The notes below the pieces were generated by a model that was not told where the DNA came from, made no database searches, and worked only from the letters and a program-made list of their open reading frames with translations. From Candidatus Woesearchaeota archaeon (GTDB lineage: Archaea; Nanobdellota; Nanobdellia; Pacearchaeales; GW2011-AR1), in NCBI GenBank assembly GCA_964514585.1, contig CAZETU010000001.1:289409-344001 (forward strand): 54,593 nucleotides of DNA, written 5' to 3'. The position numbers were made by a program, and so were the translations under genes. Within the stretch, counting starts at the first letter, position 1. Each line of letters starts with the position of its first letter. Positions 54,547 through 54,593 of the stretch are shown in pieces.

Positions 54547-54593
54547 GGCTTCGTAGCTCAGCCTGGTTAGAGCACTAGACTCTTAATCTAGGT
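54547..54593 (+). tRNA. tRNA-Lys(CTT), truncated by the window end
   Basis: GGCTTCG-TA-GCTC-AGCCTGGTTA-GAGC, anticodon arm CTAGA-CTCTTAA-TCTAG. Confidence 0.88.

Overview
Archaeal chromosomal window, most consistent with a reduced-genome DPANN archaeon (Pacearchaeota-like; inferred from gene content and protein style). It is mostly housekeeping: rpoL, radB, topA, valS, aRF1, scpB, RPA, MCM, Cbf5, eL31/eL39/eS19/eL15, TBP, DNA ligase, ppsA, metG, minD, NAC, Sec61beta, nth, serS and three tRNAs (Ile-GAT, Gly-CCC, partial Lys-CTT). Single-gene or few-gene accessory inserts are scattered among these. No integrase, transposase, cas gene, reverse transcriptase or rRNA is seen. The most unusual signal is in the intergenic DNA. 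(i) At three loci (aRF1, minD, a MarR-type regulator) the last codons of the gene recur 108-147 bp downstream; the nearest copies differ from the gene only by synonymous substitutions and bracket hairpin-rich inserts. (ii) Two cargo cassettes (a ToxA-like methyltransferase plus an orphan; a polysaccharide deacetylase) are bracketed by direct repeats that carry a stop codon and a TATA box. (iii) A structured element with a conserved 14-nt loop and fully compensatory 10-bp stems occurs twice. Together these suggest an undescribed micro-cassette insertion process that preserves gene ends and promoters. A 4.4-kb island also encodes a receptor-like atypical kinase and a secreted protein with a porin-like beta-barrel pattern, unexpected in an archaeon. 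All calls are from manual reading; no database searches were run.
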